The notes under the pieces are model-generated. The model did no database searches. It was not told where the DNA came from and worked only from the letters and a program-made list of their open reading frames with translations. A stretch of DNA of 64,000 nucleotides from contig CACEHM010000004.1 in NCBI GenBank assembly GCA_902559355.1, forward strand, positions 18,679 through 82,678. The letters are read 5' to 3'. Position numbers and translations under genes: made by a program. The DNA comes from an uncultured Gammaproteobacteria bacterium. GTDB taxonomy: Bacteria > Pseudomonadota > Gammaproteobacteria > GCA-002705445 > GCA-002716945. This document shows positions 8,454-17,634 of the stretch, piece by piece (position 1 is the stretch's first letter; each line of letters starts with the position of its first letter).

Positions 8454-9613
8454 TGAAGACCTCAAAAAGATCCTCTAATATTAATCCGCAGCCTATGTTT
8501 GAGATTTTACAAGCAGCCAAACAGCAAGAGAATCTTGGTAAGGAAATAATTCATTTAGAAATAGGAGACTCAAGCCCTTTAAATAATAATCAGATATTTA
8601 ATCTGCTTAAAAAAAATCTTAATAATTCAGAATCGCTAGAATATAGTCCATCGGAAGGAGAAAGAAAATTACGGGAAGCTTTTCTCTATCACTATAAAAT
8701 ATTATGTAATTATGAATTTACACTAGACAATGTCGTTGTTACACCTGCAAATGCAGCAATATCACAGGTTATAAACAGTATAACTGATATTGGAGACTCA
8801 TTACTCTTGCCTGATCCAGGCTTTCCAACGTTTAATTTATCGACCAAATATCATGAGGTACGTACAGTTCTTTATAATCTAGATCAAGACAATGGATATC
8901 AGCTTAATATTCAAAATATAAAGAACAAAATTAAATCTGATTCATCTATCAAAGCTATTGTGATTAACAATCCATCTAATCCTTTGGGTATTTACCATAA
9001 TCTTGAGGATATTGATGAAGTCACTGAATTCTGTGAAAAAAGAAAAGTATTTGTTATTTTGGATGATACTTATCGTTGTCTTATCTATAACCCAACATAC
9101 AAAAGGAATATACATAGAGACAATATAATATATATTTATTCTATGTCTAAAGATACAGCATCCCCAGCTATGAGAATCGGATGCGTAGTCGGGGATTCAA
9201 AAGTTATCAAATGTATATCAAGACATAATTCTTTATTTTATTCATGTTTACCTAAATTCATACAGCTTGCAGCTGCAGAATATTTAATGGAAGACCATAG
9301 ACCGTATAGAATTAAAATGCGAAATGAAATGATACGTAGAATTAATACAATAGATGAAATTTTAAAAAAAACACATGCAATCTCATATATAAAGCCAAAT
9401 GCTGGAATATATTATTGGATAAATGTATCAAATACAGGTATGACTGGCAAAGAGCTATCACTCAGACTATTAACGGAGTCGGGCGTATGCGTATGTCCTG
9501 GGGAAGGATTTGGACCTTCCGGTATAAACTATATAAGAATTTGCATCAGCGGTGATGATGAATTATTAATGAAAGGAATAGATAAAATATTTAAGTACAT
9601 AGAAAACGCGTAA
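8453..9613 (+). CDS. class I/II (AspC-fold) PLP-dependent aminotransferase
   Basis: NNPSNPLG, LDDTY, and Schiff-base region SMSKDTASPAMRIG. Confidence 0.8.
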   Translation: MKTSKRSSNINPQPMFEILQAAKQQENLGKEIIHLEIGDSSPLNNNQIFNLLKKNLNNSESLEYSPSEGERKLREAFLYHYKILCNYEFTLDNVVVTPANAAISQVINSITDIGDSLLLPDPGFPTFNLSTKYHEVRTVLYNLDQDNGYQLNIQNIKNKIKSDSSIKAIVINNPSNPLGIYHNLEDIDEVTEFCEKRKVFVILDDTYRCLIYNPTYKRNIHRDNIIYIYSMSKDTASPAMRIGCVVGDSKVIKCISRHNSLFYSCLPKFIQLAAAEYLMEDHRPYRIKMRNEMIRRINTIDEILKKTHAISYIKPNAGIYYWINVSNTGMTGKELSLRLLTESGVCVCPGEGFGPSGINYIRICISGDDELLMKGIDKIFKYIENA

Positions 9614-9649
9614 ATATGATAACTTTTAGAAAAATCATTGGAATCATTA

Positions 9650-10414
9650 ATGATTGAAATAGCACTAATAACTCCTGTATATAATCCAACAGAGAAACAG
9701 CTAAATAATTTAGTCAAAACATATACCTCTCTTAAAGATGTTATTAGCTGTTTTTACCTTGCTATAAACGTAAAATCAAAAAATATTGAACTACTGAAAG
9801 AAAAAATAAAAGACTTTAATTGTTTAATTAAAATTGCTGACGATAATGGTCCAGATGATGCTCTAAGAAATATGGCTGAAGATGTTAGAGAAGAATTTAC
9901 TTGGATGGTAACATGCGGAGAACTAATAGAAATGAAAGATAAAGATTTTCTGAAAAAAGTTGATAAAAATTGCATAGTTTTTGGTAATACAACATTCATA
10001 AATCAAAATGGTAATAATTCCACTATGAATCCTAAAAAATTTAACAGATTTTATAAATATAAAATACCTATTCTTAATTTAAGTTCTTGTATTATGAGTA
10101 AGGATAATTTTTTTAAGTCTACGCCTACAAAAAAATTTAAAGTTGCAACTGACTATGAGCAAATATTACGACTTTATAACCTAAATTTAAATTTATGTTT
10201 TACTGATTCATACAAACTTACATTCTTTAATGATGGAAACTCTGTACAAAACAAAGTTAGAGGTATTGCTGAAATGTATTGTATAAGCAGAATATTTTAT
10301 CCTGAAAACAATCTATCTAGAATAATATTTTATACAGCATTCCTAATGAAACATCGAATAAATCCTTTTAAATTCTTAAATGAACTAACTAAAATAGATG
10401 AATATATAAATTAA
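9650..10414 (+). CDS. putative glycosyltransferase (family-2-like)
   Basis: N-terminal IALITPVYNP and DDNGPDDALRN resemble the GT2 start and the PDxGxxDAxN region. Weak similarity. Alternative TTG start at 9638. Confidence 0.35.
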   Translation: MIEIALITPVYNPTEKQLNNLVKTYTSLKDVISCFYLAINVKSKNIELLKEKIKDFNCLIKIADDNGPDDALRNMAEDVREEFTWMVTCGELIEMKDKDFLKKVDKNCIVFGNTTFINQNGNNSTMNPKKFNRFYKYKIPILNLSSCIMSKDNFFKSTPTKKFKVATDYEQILRLYNLNLNLCFTDSYKLTFFNDGNSVQNKVRGIAEMYCISRIFYPENNLSRIIFYTAFLMKHRINPFKFLNELTKIDEYIN

Positions 10415-10512
10415 TACGTTAATATACAAACGATAGAGATTTATTAACCCATTAAATAATTTATATTTCTATTTAAAAGACTGAAATATTGAATCAACAG
10501 AGTGGAGACTTT

Positions 10513-11502
10513 ATGATTAATAATGAAATATTAGATGAATTTTCTCATAAGAAGGTTCTAATTACTGGCGGAACAGGCCTCATTGGAAGAGAAATAGCAA
10601 AGCTACTTGTAGATGCTGGCTCAGAAGTGACAGTAGTTTCTTTAGACAATATCAAAATCAGTGATCAGGTCAAACACATTCATGGAGATCTTACGGATTT
10701 TAATTTTTGTAAAGATATAATTAATGGAATAGATTACGTATTTCATGTGGCTGGAATTAAAGGCTCTATTGATGTCACTATAAATAATCCAGCAAGTTTT
10801 TTTGTACCTCTCTTAATGTTTAATACAAATGTCCTAGAAGCATCCAGATTGAATAATGTTAAAAAACTTGTTTATACCAGTTCAATTGGCGCTTACAGCG
10901 CTGCAGAGATATTTAAAGAAGGCGAGAATGAAGATAAAGAGCCGATGGATATGTTCCCAGGATGGGCTAAAAGAATGGCGGAACTACAGATCAAGGCTTA
11001 TGCTAAACAATATGGAATTAATACCTATTCTATTGTCCGCCCCTGCAATGTATATGGTCCAGGTGATAATTTTGATCCAAAAAATGCCATGGTGATACCG
11101 ACGTTAATGCAAAGAATACTCAATAAAGAAAATCCTGTAACTGTATGGGGAGATGGTTCAGCTATTAGAGACTTCGCTTATTCATCTGATGTAGCAAAAG
11201 GGACAATATTGGCCTTATATTATGGAACAGATGGTAAATATGTGAACCTAGGAAGTGGGGATGGCTATTCCATTAAAGAATTAGTTGAAACACTAGCTGA
11301 ATTCCTAGATTTCAATTATGAATTTGATACTTCTAAACCATCTGGATTCCCTCGTAGAATAATGGATATAAACTTAGCAAGAGAAATGATTAAGTATCAG
11401 CCTGAAATAAGTCTTTTGCAGGGTTTAAAAAATACATGGAAGTGGTTCAAAGATAATGCAGATGAATATAAAGATAAACAAAATTATTTTGTCTCTAAAT
11501 AA
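10513..11502 (+). CDS. GDP-L-fucose-synthase-like (GMER/FX family) NDP-sugar epimerase/reductase
   Basis: ITGGTGLIGREI Rossmann motif. GWAKRMAELQ...RPCNVYGPGDNFDPKNAMVIPTL matches the FX/Fcl pattern SYAKRM...PTNxxGPxDNF...HVxPxL. ATG at 10513 is preceded by GGAG. The track's TTG at 10489 is less likely. Confidence 0.7.
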   Translation: MINNEILDEFSHKKVLITGGTGLIGREIAKLLVDAGSEVTVVSLDNIKISDQVKHIHGDLTDFNFCKDIINGIDYVFHVAGIKGSIDVTINNPASFFVPLLMFNTNVLEASRLNNVKKLVYTSSIGAYSAAEIFKEGENEDKEPMDMFPGWAKRMAELQIKAYAKQYGINTYSIVRPCNVYGPGDNFDPKNAMVIPTLMQRILNKENPVTVWGDGSAIRDFAYSSDVAKGTILALYYGTDGKYVNLGSGDGYSIKELVETLAEFLDFNYEFDTSKPSGFPRRIMDINLAREMIKYQPEISLLQGLKNTWKWFKDNADEYKDKQNYFVSK

Positions 11503-12521
11503 TGAAAAATAAAATAGCATTCATTACAGGAATTACAGGCATGGTAGGCTCACATTTGGCCGAATACTTAGTTAATAATACAGACTGGGATATTATTGGG
11601 CTCATAAGATGGAGAAGTCCTTTGGACAACATTAGCTCATTAGTAGAAAAAATAAATAATAATACAAGAATAAAGCTAGTTTATGGTGACATTAGAGATC
11701 CATTGTCTATTGATGAGGTTATTAAGAGCAATAAACCCGACTATTTATTTCATCTGGCTGCTCAAAGTTATCCTTTAACAAGTTTTACTGCACCCTTAGA
11801 TACATTAGAAACAAATATTCAAGGAACTGCTGTTGTACTAGAAGCACTTAAGAAGTATTCAAAAGACTGTATAACACATGTATGTGCATCCTCTGAAGTT
11901 TTTGGCAGAGTTACAAAAGATAAGCTTCCTATTAATGAAGAATGCACATTTCATCCAGCATCACCTTATGCAATATCAAAAGTTGGTACAGATCTTTTAG
12001 GAAGATATTATGCTGAAGCTTATGATATGAAAATTATGACAACGCGAATGTTTACGCATACCGGGCCAAGAAGAGGTGATGTATTTGCTGAATCAACTTT
12101 TGCAAAACAAATTGCTATGATTGAAAAAGGTTTCATAGAACCTGTAGTAAAAGTTGGAAATTTAGATAGTTTGAGAACTATATCTGATGTAAGAGATGCA
12201 GTACGTGCTTATCATATGCTTGTGACAATTAATCCATTGGGAGGGGAATACTATAATATAGGTGGTACATATAGTTGCACTATCGGAGATATATTAACTA
12301 AGCTAATCTCATTAAGTACTAAAAAAGAAACAATTTCAATTGAGACTGATCCGGATAGACTCAGACCAATTGATGCAGATTTACAATTACCTGATACAAC
12401 AAAATTTCAAAAACATACTGGATGGGAACCTAAGATTGATTTTGAAACTACTATGTCAGATCTACTTAGTTTTTGGAGAGATAAAGTTTCAAAAGAAGGT
12501 AATATTTTTCTAAGGAGATAA
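11502..12521 (+). CDS. GDP-mannose/GDP-heptose 4,6-dehydratase family enzyme
   Basis: FITGITGMVGSHLAEYL, HLAAQSYP, SPYAISK (YxxxK), THTGPRRG. All match GMD/DmhA-type signatures. Confidence 0.8.
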   Translation: MKNKIAFITGITGMVGSHLAEYLVNNTDWDIIGLIRWRSPLDNISSLVEKINNNTRIKLVYGDIRDPLSIDEVIKSNKPDYLFHLAAQSYPLTSFTAPLDTLETNIQGTAVVLEALKKYSKDCITHVCASSEVFGRVTKDKLPINEECTFHPASPYAISKVGTDLLGRYYAEAYDMKIMTTRMFTHTGPRRGDVFAESTFAKQIAMIEKGFIEPVVKVGNLDSLRTISDVRDAVRAYHMLVTINPLGGEYYNIGGTYSCTIGDILTKLISLSTKKETISIETDPDRLRPIDADLQLPDTTKFQKHTGWEPKIDFETTMSDLLSFWRDKVSKEGNIFLRR

Positions 12522-12523
12522 TA

Positions 12524-13039
12524 ATGAAAGTACTGAAAACTAATTTAAATGGAGTTATGAAAATTGAATTGGAGTCATTTAGTGATCATAGAGGTAAGTA
12601 TACTGAAACATATAACGATGAGATTTATAAAAAATCAGGTATAAATGTTGATTTTGTTCAAGATGATATTTCTTATTCAAAAAAAAATGTCCTTAGAGGA
12701 TTGCATGGTGATGAGGAGACATATAAATTAGTATCTTGTTTGCACGGTGCATTTCAGTTAATTGTGGTTAATAATGATGATAAGTCTTCTGAATATAAAA
12801 AATGGATTTCATTTGAATTATCAGGTGACGATGATTATCAAATTTTAATTCCTCCAAAATTTGGTAACGGCCACTTTGTTACAAGTGCTGATGCAATATT
12901 TCACTATAAGCAGAACACTTATTATAATCCAAAAGGACAATTCACAATTTTATGGAATGATCCAGAATATCAATTTACTTGGCCACATAATAATCCTATT
13001 CTGTCTAAAAGAGACGAAATAGGTAACTTTGAAAAGTAA
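12524..13039 (+). CDS. RmlC-type cupin NDP-4-keto-6-deoxysugar 3,5-epimerase
   Basis: FVQDDISYSKKNVLRGLHGD and FGNGHFV match the RmlC-family core. 171 aa. Confidence 0.75.
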   Translation: MKVLKTNLNGVMKIELESFSDHRGKYTETYNDEIYKKSGINVDFVQDDISYSKKNVLRGLHGDEETYKLVSCLHGAFQLIVVNNDDKSSEYKKWISFELSGDDDYQILIPPKFGNGHFVTSADAIFHYKQNTYYNPKGQFTILWNDPEYQFTWPHNNPILSKRDEIGNFEK

Positions 13040-13146
13040 TACTTTTTATCAATCACCAAGGTTTCAGAGCAGTCTATACAATAGCTATTAAATTATTCTA
13101 TTAGTAATTTAATGTTTTAAATTTAAATGCATGTATAATCTTTCAT

Positions 13147-14103
13147 ATGGATTTTTTGAAAGATAAAAATGTCCTTGTTACAGGAGGCAGTGGTTTTGTT
13201 GGTACAAATCTTCTAAAAAGATTGCTATCTTCAAAATGTAAACTTTACACGACTACTCACCATACAAAACCACAATTTACTGACGATTCCATTAAATATA
13301 TAAATGCAGATTTAACTAATCCAAAAGATTGTCTGAAGGCTACATCAGGTATCGACTATATATTTATGTGTGCAGCAAATACATCTGGCGCTGCAGTGAT
13401 GGAAAATAACCCGCTTGCACATCTTACACCTAATATCTTGATGAACTTATCTTTATATGAGGCTGCATACAAAAATGAAGTTAGTAAAATACTTTTCATT
13501 AGTTCAAATACAGTATATCCAGTTACAGACTTTCCTGTTAAAGAAGATGATGTGACTAATGAATTCTTTCATAAGTACTTCATTGTGGCTTGGATGAAAA
13601 GATTTACAGAGATAGTCTCTGAAATGTATTCAGAAAAAATTAAGGATAAAATGAATATTGTAGTAGTTAGACCTGCTAACTTATATGGAGAATTCGACGA
13701 TTATGAGTGGGAAACTTCACATGTAATACCTGCGTTAGTTAGAAAAGTTGCAGAAAGGCAAAATCCAATCAATGTATGGGGGGACGGAAAAGATTTAAAA
13801 GAATTTCTATATATTGATGATTTTATTGATGGAATAATTTTAGCAATGGAAAAAATCAACTCTTCAAACCCAATTAATCTCTCTTTAAATAAACCAGTAA
13901 CCGTTAAGGAGATTATAAATCATCTGATAGATATTGAAGGGTATAGTGATGCAGAAGTTGAATATGATATTACAAAACCAACTATGATTCCAAAAAGATT
14001 AATAGATAATTCACAAGCAAAAAAATTACTAAACTTCAATCCTCAAATAGATATTAAAGAAGGTTTATCGAGAACATTAAACTGGTATAAGAGTAGGAAA
14101 TGA
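13147..14103 (+). CDS. GDP-L-fucose-synthase-like NDP-sugar epimerase/reductase (second copy)
   Basis: VTGGSGFVGTNL. AWMKRFTE...RPANLYGEFDDY...SHVIPALVRKV closely parallels Fcl (PTNLYGPHDNF...SHVIPALLRRF). Confidence 0.7.
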   Translation: MDFLKDKNVLVTGGSGFVGTNLLKRLLSSKCKLYTTTHHTKPQFTDDSIKYINADLTNPKDCLKATSGIDYIFMCAANTSGAAVMENNPLAHLTPNILMNLSLYEAAYKNEVSKILFISSNTVYPVTDFPVKEDDVTNEFFHKYFIVAWMKRFTEIVSEMYSEKIKDKMNIVVVRPANLYGEFDDYEWETSHVIPALVRKVAERQNPINVWGDGKDLKEFLYIDDFIDGIILAMEKINSSNPINLSLNKPVTVKEIINHLIDIEGYSDAEVEYDITKPTMIPKRLIDNSQAKKLLNFNPQIDIKEGLSRTLNWYKSRK

Positions 14104-15092
14104 TTATAACTAGGACTCCATTTAGGATTTCTTTTTTCGGCGGAGGGACAGATTATCCAGATTGGTATAATAATAATCCAGGGGCTGTAATAAGTACTAC
14201 AATAAACAAATATTGCTATATTACATGTAGGCCACTACCACCATTTTTTGATTATAAATATAGAATTAGGTATCACAAAAAAGAAGAGACAAAAAATATT
14301 CAAGAGATAAAACATCCATCAGTCAGAGAGTGTCTTAAATATACAAAAACAACACAAGGACTTGAAATAGTTCATCATGCAGATTTACCCGCAAGATCAG
14401 GTTTAGGCTCAAGTTCTACTTTTACGGTAGGCATGCTTCATGCCTTGAATGCTTTGCATGGAAAAATGATATCTAAACGACAATTAGCTTTAGACGCTAT
14501 TGATATTGAGCAGAATATAATTAAGGAAAATGTAGGATCTCAAGACCAGACTAATGCTGCCTTCGGTGGCTTTAATCATATTGAATTCAATAAAACAAAA
14601 AAAATTATTGTCAATCCAATAATTTTATCTAAAATGAAGATAAGTAAAATAAGTTCACATTTAATGCTTTTTTTCACAGGCTTTTCAAGGACTGCATCGG
14701 ATATATCAAAACATCAAATTACTGCAATTAAAAAAAATAAAATAGATATGACTCATAATTATGAATTAGTCGAGGAAGCAAAAAAAATATTAAATAAAAA
14801 TTATTTCATTAAAGACTTTGGAAATTTACTCAATGAACAATGGAGAATAAAAAAAAGTTATACCAACAAAATAACTAACCCAGAAATTAATTCTATTTAT
14901 AAAACTGGCATTAAGTCAGGTGCTTATGGAGGTAAACTTTTAGGAGCAGGAGGAGGTGGATTTATCTTATTTATTATAGATCCCAAATATCAAAATAGAT
15001 TAAAAAATAAACTTAAGAAATTACTTCATGTTCCAATAAGTCTAGAGTCTCTTGGTAGCCAAATCGTATACTACTCTAATGCAGACATATAA
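14100..15092 (+). CDS. hddA: GHMP-family sugar kinase, D-glycero-D-manno-heptose 7-phosphate kinase-like
   Basis: N-terminus RTPFRISFFGGGTDYPDWY, GHMP motif LPARSGLGSSSTF, and GAGGGGF near the C-terminus. Confidence 0.75.
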   Translation: MIITRTPFRISFFGGGTDYPDWYNNNPGAVISTTINKYCYITCRPLPPFFDYKYRIRYHKKEETKNIQEIKHPSVRECLKYTKTTQGLEIVHHADLPARSGLGSSSTFTVGMLHALNALHGKMISKRQLALDAIDIEQNIIKENVGSQDQTNAAFGGFNHIEFNKTKKIIVNPIILSKMKISKISSHLMLFFTGFSRTASDISKHQITAIKKNKIDMTHNYELVEEAKKILNKNYFIKDFGNLLNEQWRIKKSYTNKITNPEINSIYKTGIKSGAYGGKLLGAGGGGFILFIIDPKYQNRLKNKLKKLLHVPISLESLGSQIVYYSNADI

Positions 15093-15774
15093 TTGTTTAA
15101 TATTATGTGGTGGGCAAGGGACGAGAATAAGAGAATATAACTCTAATATTCCTAAGTCTTTGCTAGAGGTAGGAGGAAAAAGATTCATAGATCATTTACT
15201 TTTACAATTCAAGGAATTTAACATAGTTCTATGTACGGGGTATCTAAGCAATCATTTTGAAAATCTTTTTTCTAACTCTCAAACTGTAAATATATCAAAA
15301 GAAAAAAAACCATTAGGAACAGGTGGCGCAATACTAAATGCCATCAAATATATTGATAACTGCGATTCTTTCCTTGTTATTAATGGTGACTCATATTGCG
15401 ATTTCAAGATTAATAATTTTATAAATTCTTATAAAACTGAAAAATGTGATCTTATGATTTTAGCTACTGATAATTATGATAATCACTCTGATTTTGGTAT
15501 GATAGAAATTAGAGATAAAAAAATAATCAAATTTCATGAAAAATCCTCTCATCTAATTAAAGGAAGTCTAAAAAACTGTGGAATCTATATGATAAAAAAA
15601 GAACTTTTGAATATATTTAATCATAATTGTTCTCTAGAAAAAGATATAATACCAACTTTAGTAAAAAATTATCATTGTTCAATCCATAAAATAAGCGAAA
15701 AGGTATACGACATTGGTACACCGAAGAGAATAGCGATAGCTAATGAATATTTTAATAGTCAAAAGAGGACATAG
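15079..15774 (+). CDS. hddC: sugar-1-phosphate nucleotidyltransferase, heptose-1-phosphate guanylyltransferase-like
   Basis: LILCGGQGTRI plus GTGGA. ATG at 15079 overlaps the kinase end by 14 nt. The track's TTG at 15052 is a less likely start. Confidence 0.7.
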   Translation: MQTYNCLILCGGQGTRIREYNSNIPKSLLEVGGKRFIDHLLLQFKEFNIVLCTGYLSNHFENLFSNSQTVNISKEKKPLGTGGAILNAIKYIDNCDSFLVINGDSYCDFKINNFINSYKTEKCDLMILATDNYDNHSDFGMIEIRDKKIIKFHEKSSHLIKGSLKNCGIYMIKKELLNIFNHNCSLEKDIIPTLVKNYHCSIHKISEKVYDIGTPKRIAIANEYFNSQKRT

Positions 15775-15783
15775 TATTCACTG

Positions 15784-16626
15784 ATGAATAATCAATTCGA
15801 AAAAATAATAAAATATATAAAAGAGACTGGCCACAATCCTTACTCAGACAAGGCAATAAATCAGTCTGATCTTTTCTATATTAATACCCTAAAGAGTCAT
15901 TATGAAATTTTGTTTGATGAAATTAAACAAATACAATATGTAAGTGATATTAATGCATTATTAGAATTAGGTTCGTATATGTCTGTTGGATGTCATATAG
16001 CAAGAGATTTAAAAGTTAATAATGTAACAAGCTCTGATATGTATCAACTAGATACTAATTCTAACTATAAAAAATGGCTCCTAAATAAAAAAATTAATTA
16101 TCAACATTATGATTTAACATTACATCCTGAGACTTCTCATCAAGAGAAGTATGACTGTATAATATTTCAGGAAACACTTGAGCATATTCCTTCTAATCCA
16201 GCTAGGACCCTTTTAAATGTAAACCAAATGTTAAAAAATAATGGATATTTGATATTTTCTGTCCCTAACTTTTATAGCTTAAGAAGCATAATAAATCTAT
16301 TTAAGTTTACGCATCCGTATGTGAAGAAAGAAGAATTTTTAGATATTGATTCTGTTACAGAAAAATCTGGAGTGCATTGGATTGAATTTGATACGAAACT
16401 CATAACAGCAATACTAGGATTTTGTAATTTTGAAATTGTAGATTATAAAAAAAATAATATAAATTACGGAAGTAGTAAAAAATATAAAATTAAAAATCTA
16501 ATCAATAAAATACTGCCTCCTGTTTTTGATCAACACAGATTCATTCTAAAAAAAGCTAAACCATATTCTGAATATTTAAAGACTAGGAAAAAAGTACATG
16601 CTGAACATGAAGCAATGAACCTCTAA
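15784..16626 (+). CDS. class I SAM-dependent methyltransferase
   Basis: LLELGSYMSVG (motif I-like), YDCIIFQETLEHIP, NGYLIFSVPN. Confidence 0.55.
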   Translation: MNNQFEKIIKYIKETGHNPYSDKAINQSDLFYINTLKSHYEILFDEIKQIQYVSDINALLELGSYMSVGCHIARDLKVNNVTSSDMYQLDTNSNYKKWLLNKKINYQHYDLTLHPETSHQEKYDCIIFQETLEHIPSNPARTLLNVNQMLKNNGYLIFSVPNFYSLRSIINLFKFTHPYVKKEEFLDIDSVTEKSGVHWIEFDTKLITAILGFCNFEIVDYKKNNINYGSSKKYKIKNLINKILPPVFDQHRFILKKAKPYSEYLKTRKKVHAEHEAMNL

Positions 16627-16629
16627 GAG

Positions 16630-17634
16630 ATGCCATCAGTTGTAATTATTAAATTGGGTGCTGTTGGAGATGTATTAAGAACATCCTATTTGATAAATGC
16701 ATTTAATAAAGATTTCGATTATACAGTAACTTGGATAACCTCTGAGGCTTCTAAGGATATCCTTACGAACAATCCCCATATTAATAAAATATTAATTTTT
16801 AATAAAGATATATTACCATCTAACACTGATATTTTAATATGCCTTGAAGATAAAAAAGAATTTGTTGTGGCAGCCTCTAAGATATCAGCTAACAAAGTCA
16901 TTGGTTCTTATATAAATGCAAACGATAATTTAGAATATACTGATGATGTATCCGAATGGTTTGATATGGGCATTATCTCAAAGTATGGTTTGGAGAGAGC
17001 AAATACTTTGAAGAAGGAAAACAATAAATCATTCAACGAAATTTTTACTAACTCGCTATCTATCAAAATTGATGACATTCAACCTAAAGTATACTTTAAA
17101 GAAAAGACAGAGTTATCAAAGCCTAATAGTAAAAGCCTTAAGATTGGTCTTAATTTATTTGCTGGTAATAGGTGGCCATCTAAGGAACTCAAACAATCAG
17201 ACTCACAAAAACTAATTGATGCTATGAGTAGTTATCTTGTTGCTAATAATATTAATTATACGATGACTCTTTCTTGTGATGACTCTTCCTCAGAAAAAGC
17301 AAATTATATTATTGGAGATAGAGATATCAAAGTAATAAATACTAATAATAATATTTCAGAATATTCAAATCACGTTCGTAAGTGCGATTTTTTTATTACT
17401 ACAGATTCTTTAGGAATGCATTTAGCAATTGCAAATAATATTAGACACATCGCTTTTTTCAATCCGACATCAGCAGTTGAAATTGATAATTTCAATAGTG
17501 GTGTAAAAGTTATCTCTCAGTCATCTGGTTATTGTTCATATGAGCCATATGCTAAGTATGATAAAACGTTATGGAAAAATGTCTTCAATCAATGGATAAC
17601 CGAAGTCGAACAGTTTATATTATCAAATAAATGA
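16630..17634 (+). CDS. glycosyltransferase family 9 (heptosyltransferase-like)
   Basis: N-terminal VVIIKLGAVGDVLRT matches the GT9 IKxSAxGDVxHT signature. C-terminal TTDSLGMHLA resembles GT9 xxDSGxMHLA. Confidence 0.6.
   Translation: MPSVVIIKLGAVGDVLRTSYLINAFNKDFDYTVTWITSEASKDILTNNPHINKILIFNKDILPSNTDILICLEDKKEFVVAASKISANKVIGSYINANDNLEYTDDVSEWFDMGIISKYGLERANTLKKENNKSFNEIFTNSLSIKIDDIQPKVYFKEKTELSKPNSKSLKIGLNLFAGNRWPSKELKQSDSQKLIDAMSSYLVANNINYTMTLSCDDSSSEKANYIIGDRDIKVINTNNNISEYSNHVRKCDFFITTDSLGMHLAIANNIRHIAFFNPTSAVEIDNFNSGVKVISQSSGYCSYEPYAKYDKTLWKNVFNQWITEVEQFILSNK

Noticed and set aside
10856-11095. 79-aa same-strand alternative-frame ORF inside the Fcl-like gene.
   Set aside because: The main frame has clear family motifs across this stretch. 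The alternative frame has none.
15469-15487. Fur-box-like GATAATTATGATAATCACT.
   Set aside because: It lies inside the hddC-like coding sequence. Such AT-rich near-matches are expected by chance in about 30% GC DNA, and no iron-related gene lies downstream.
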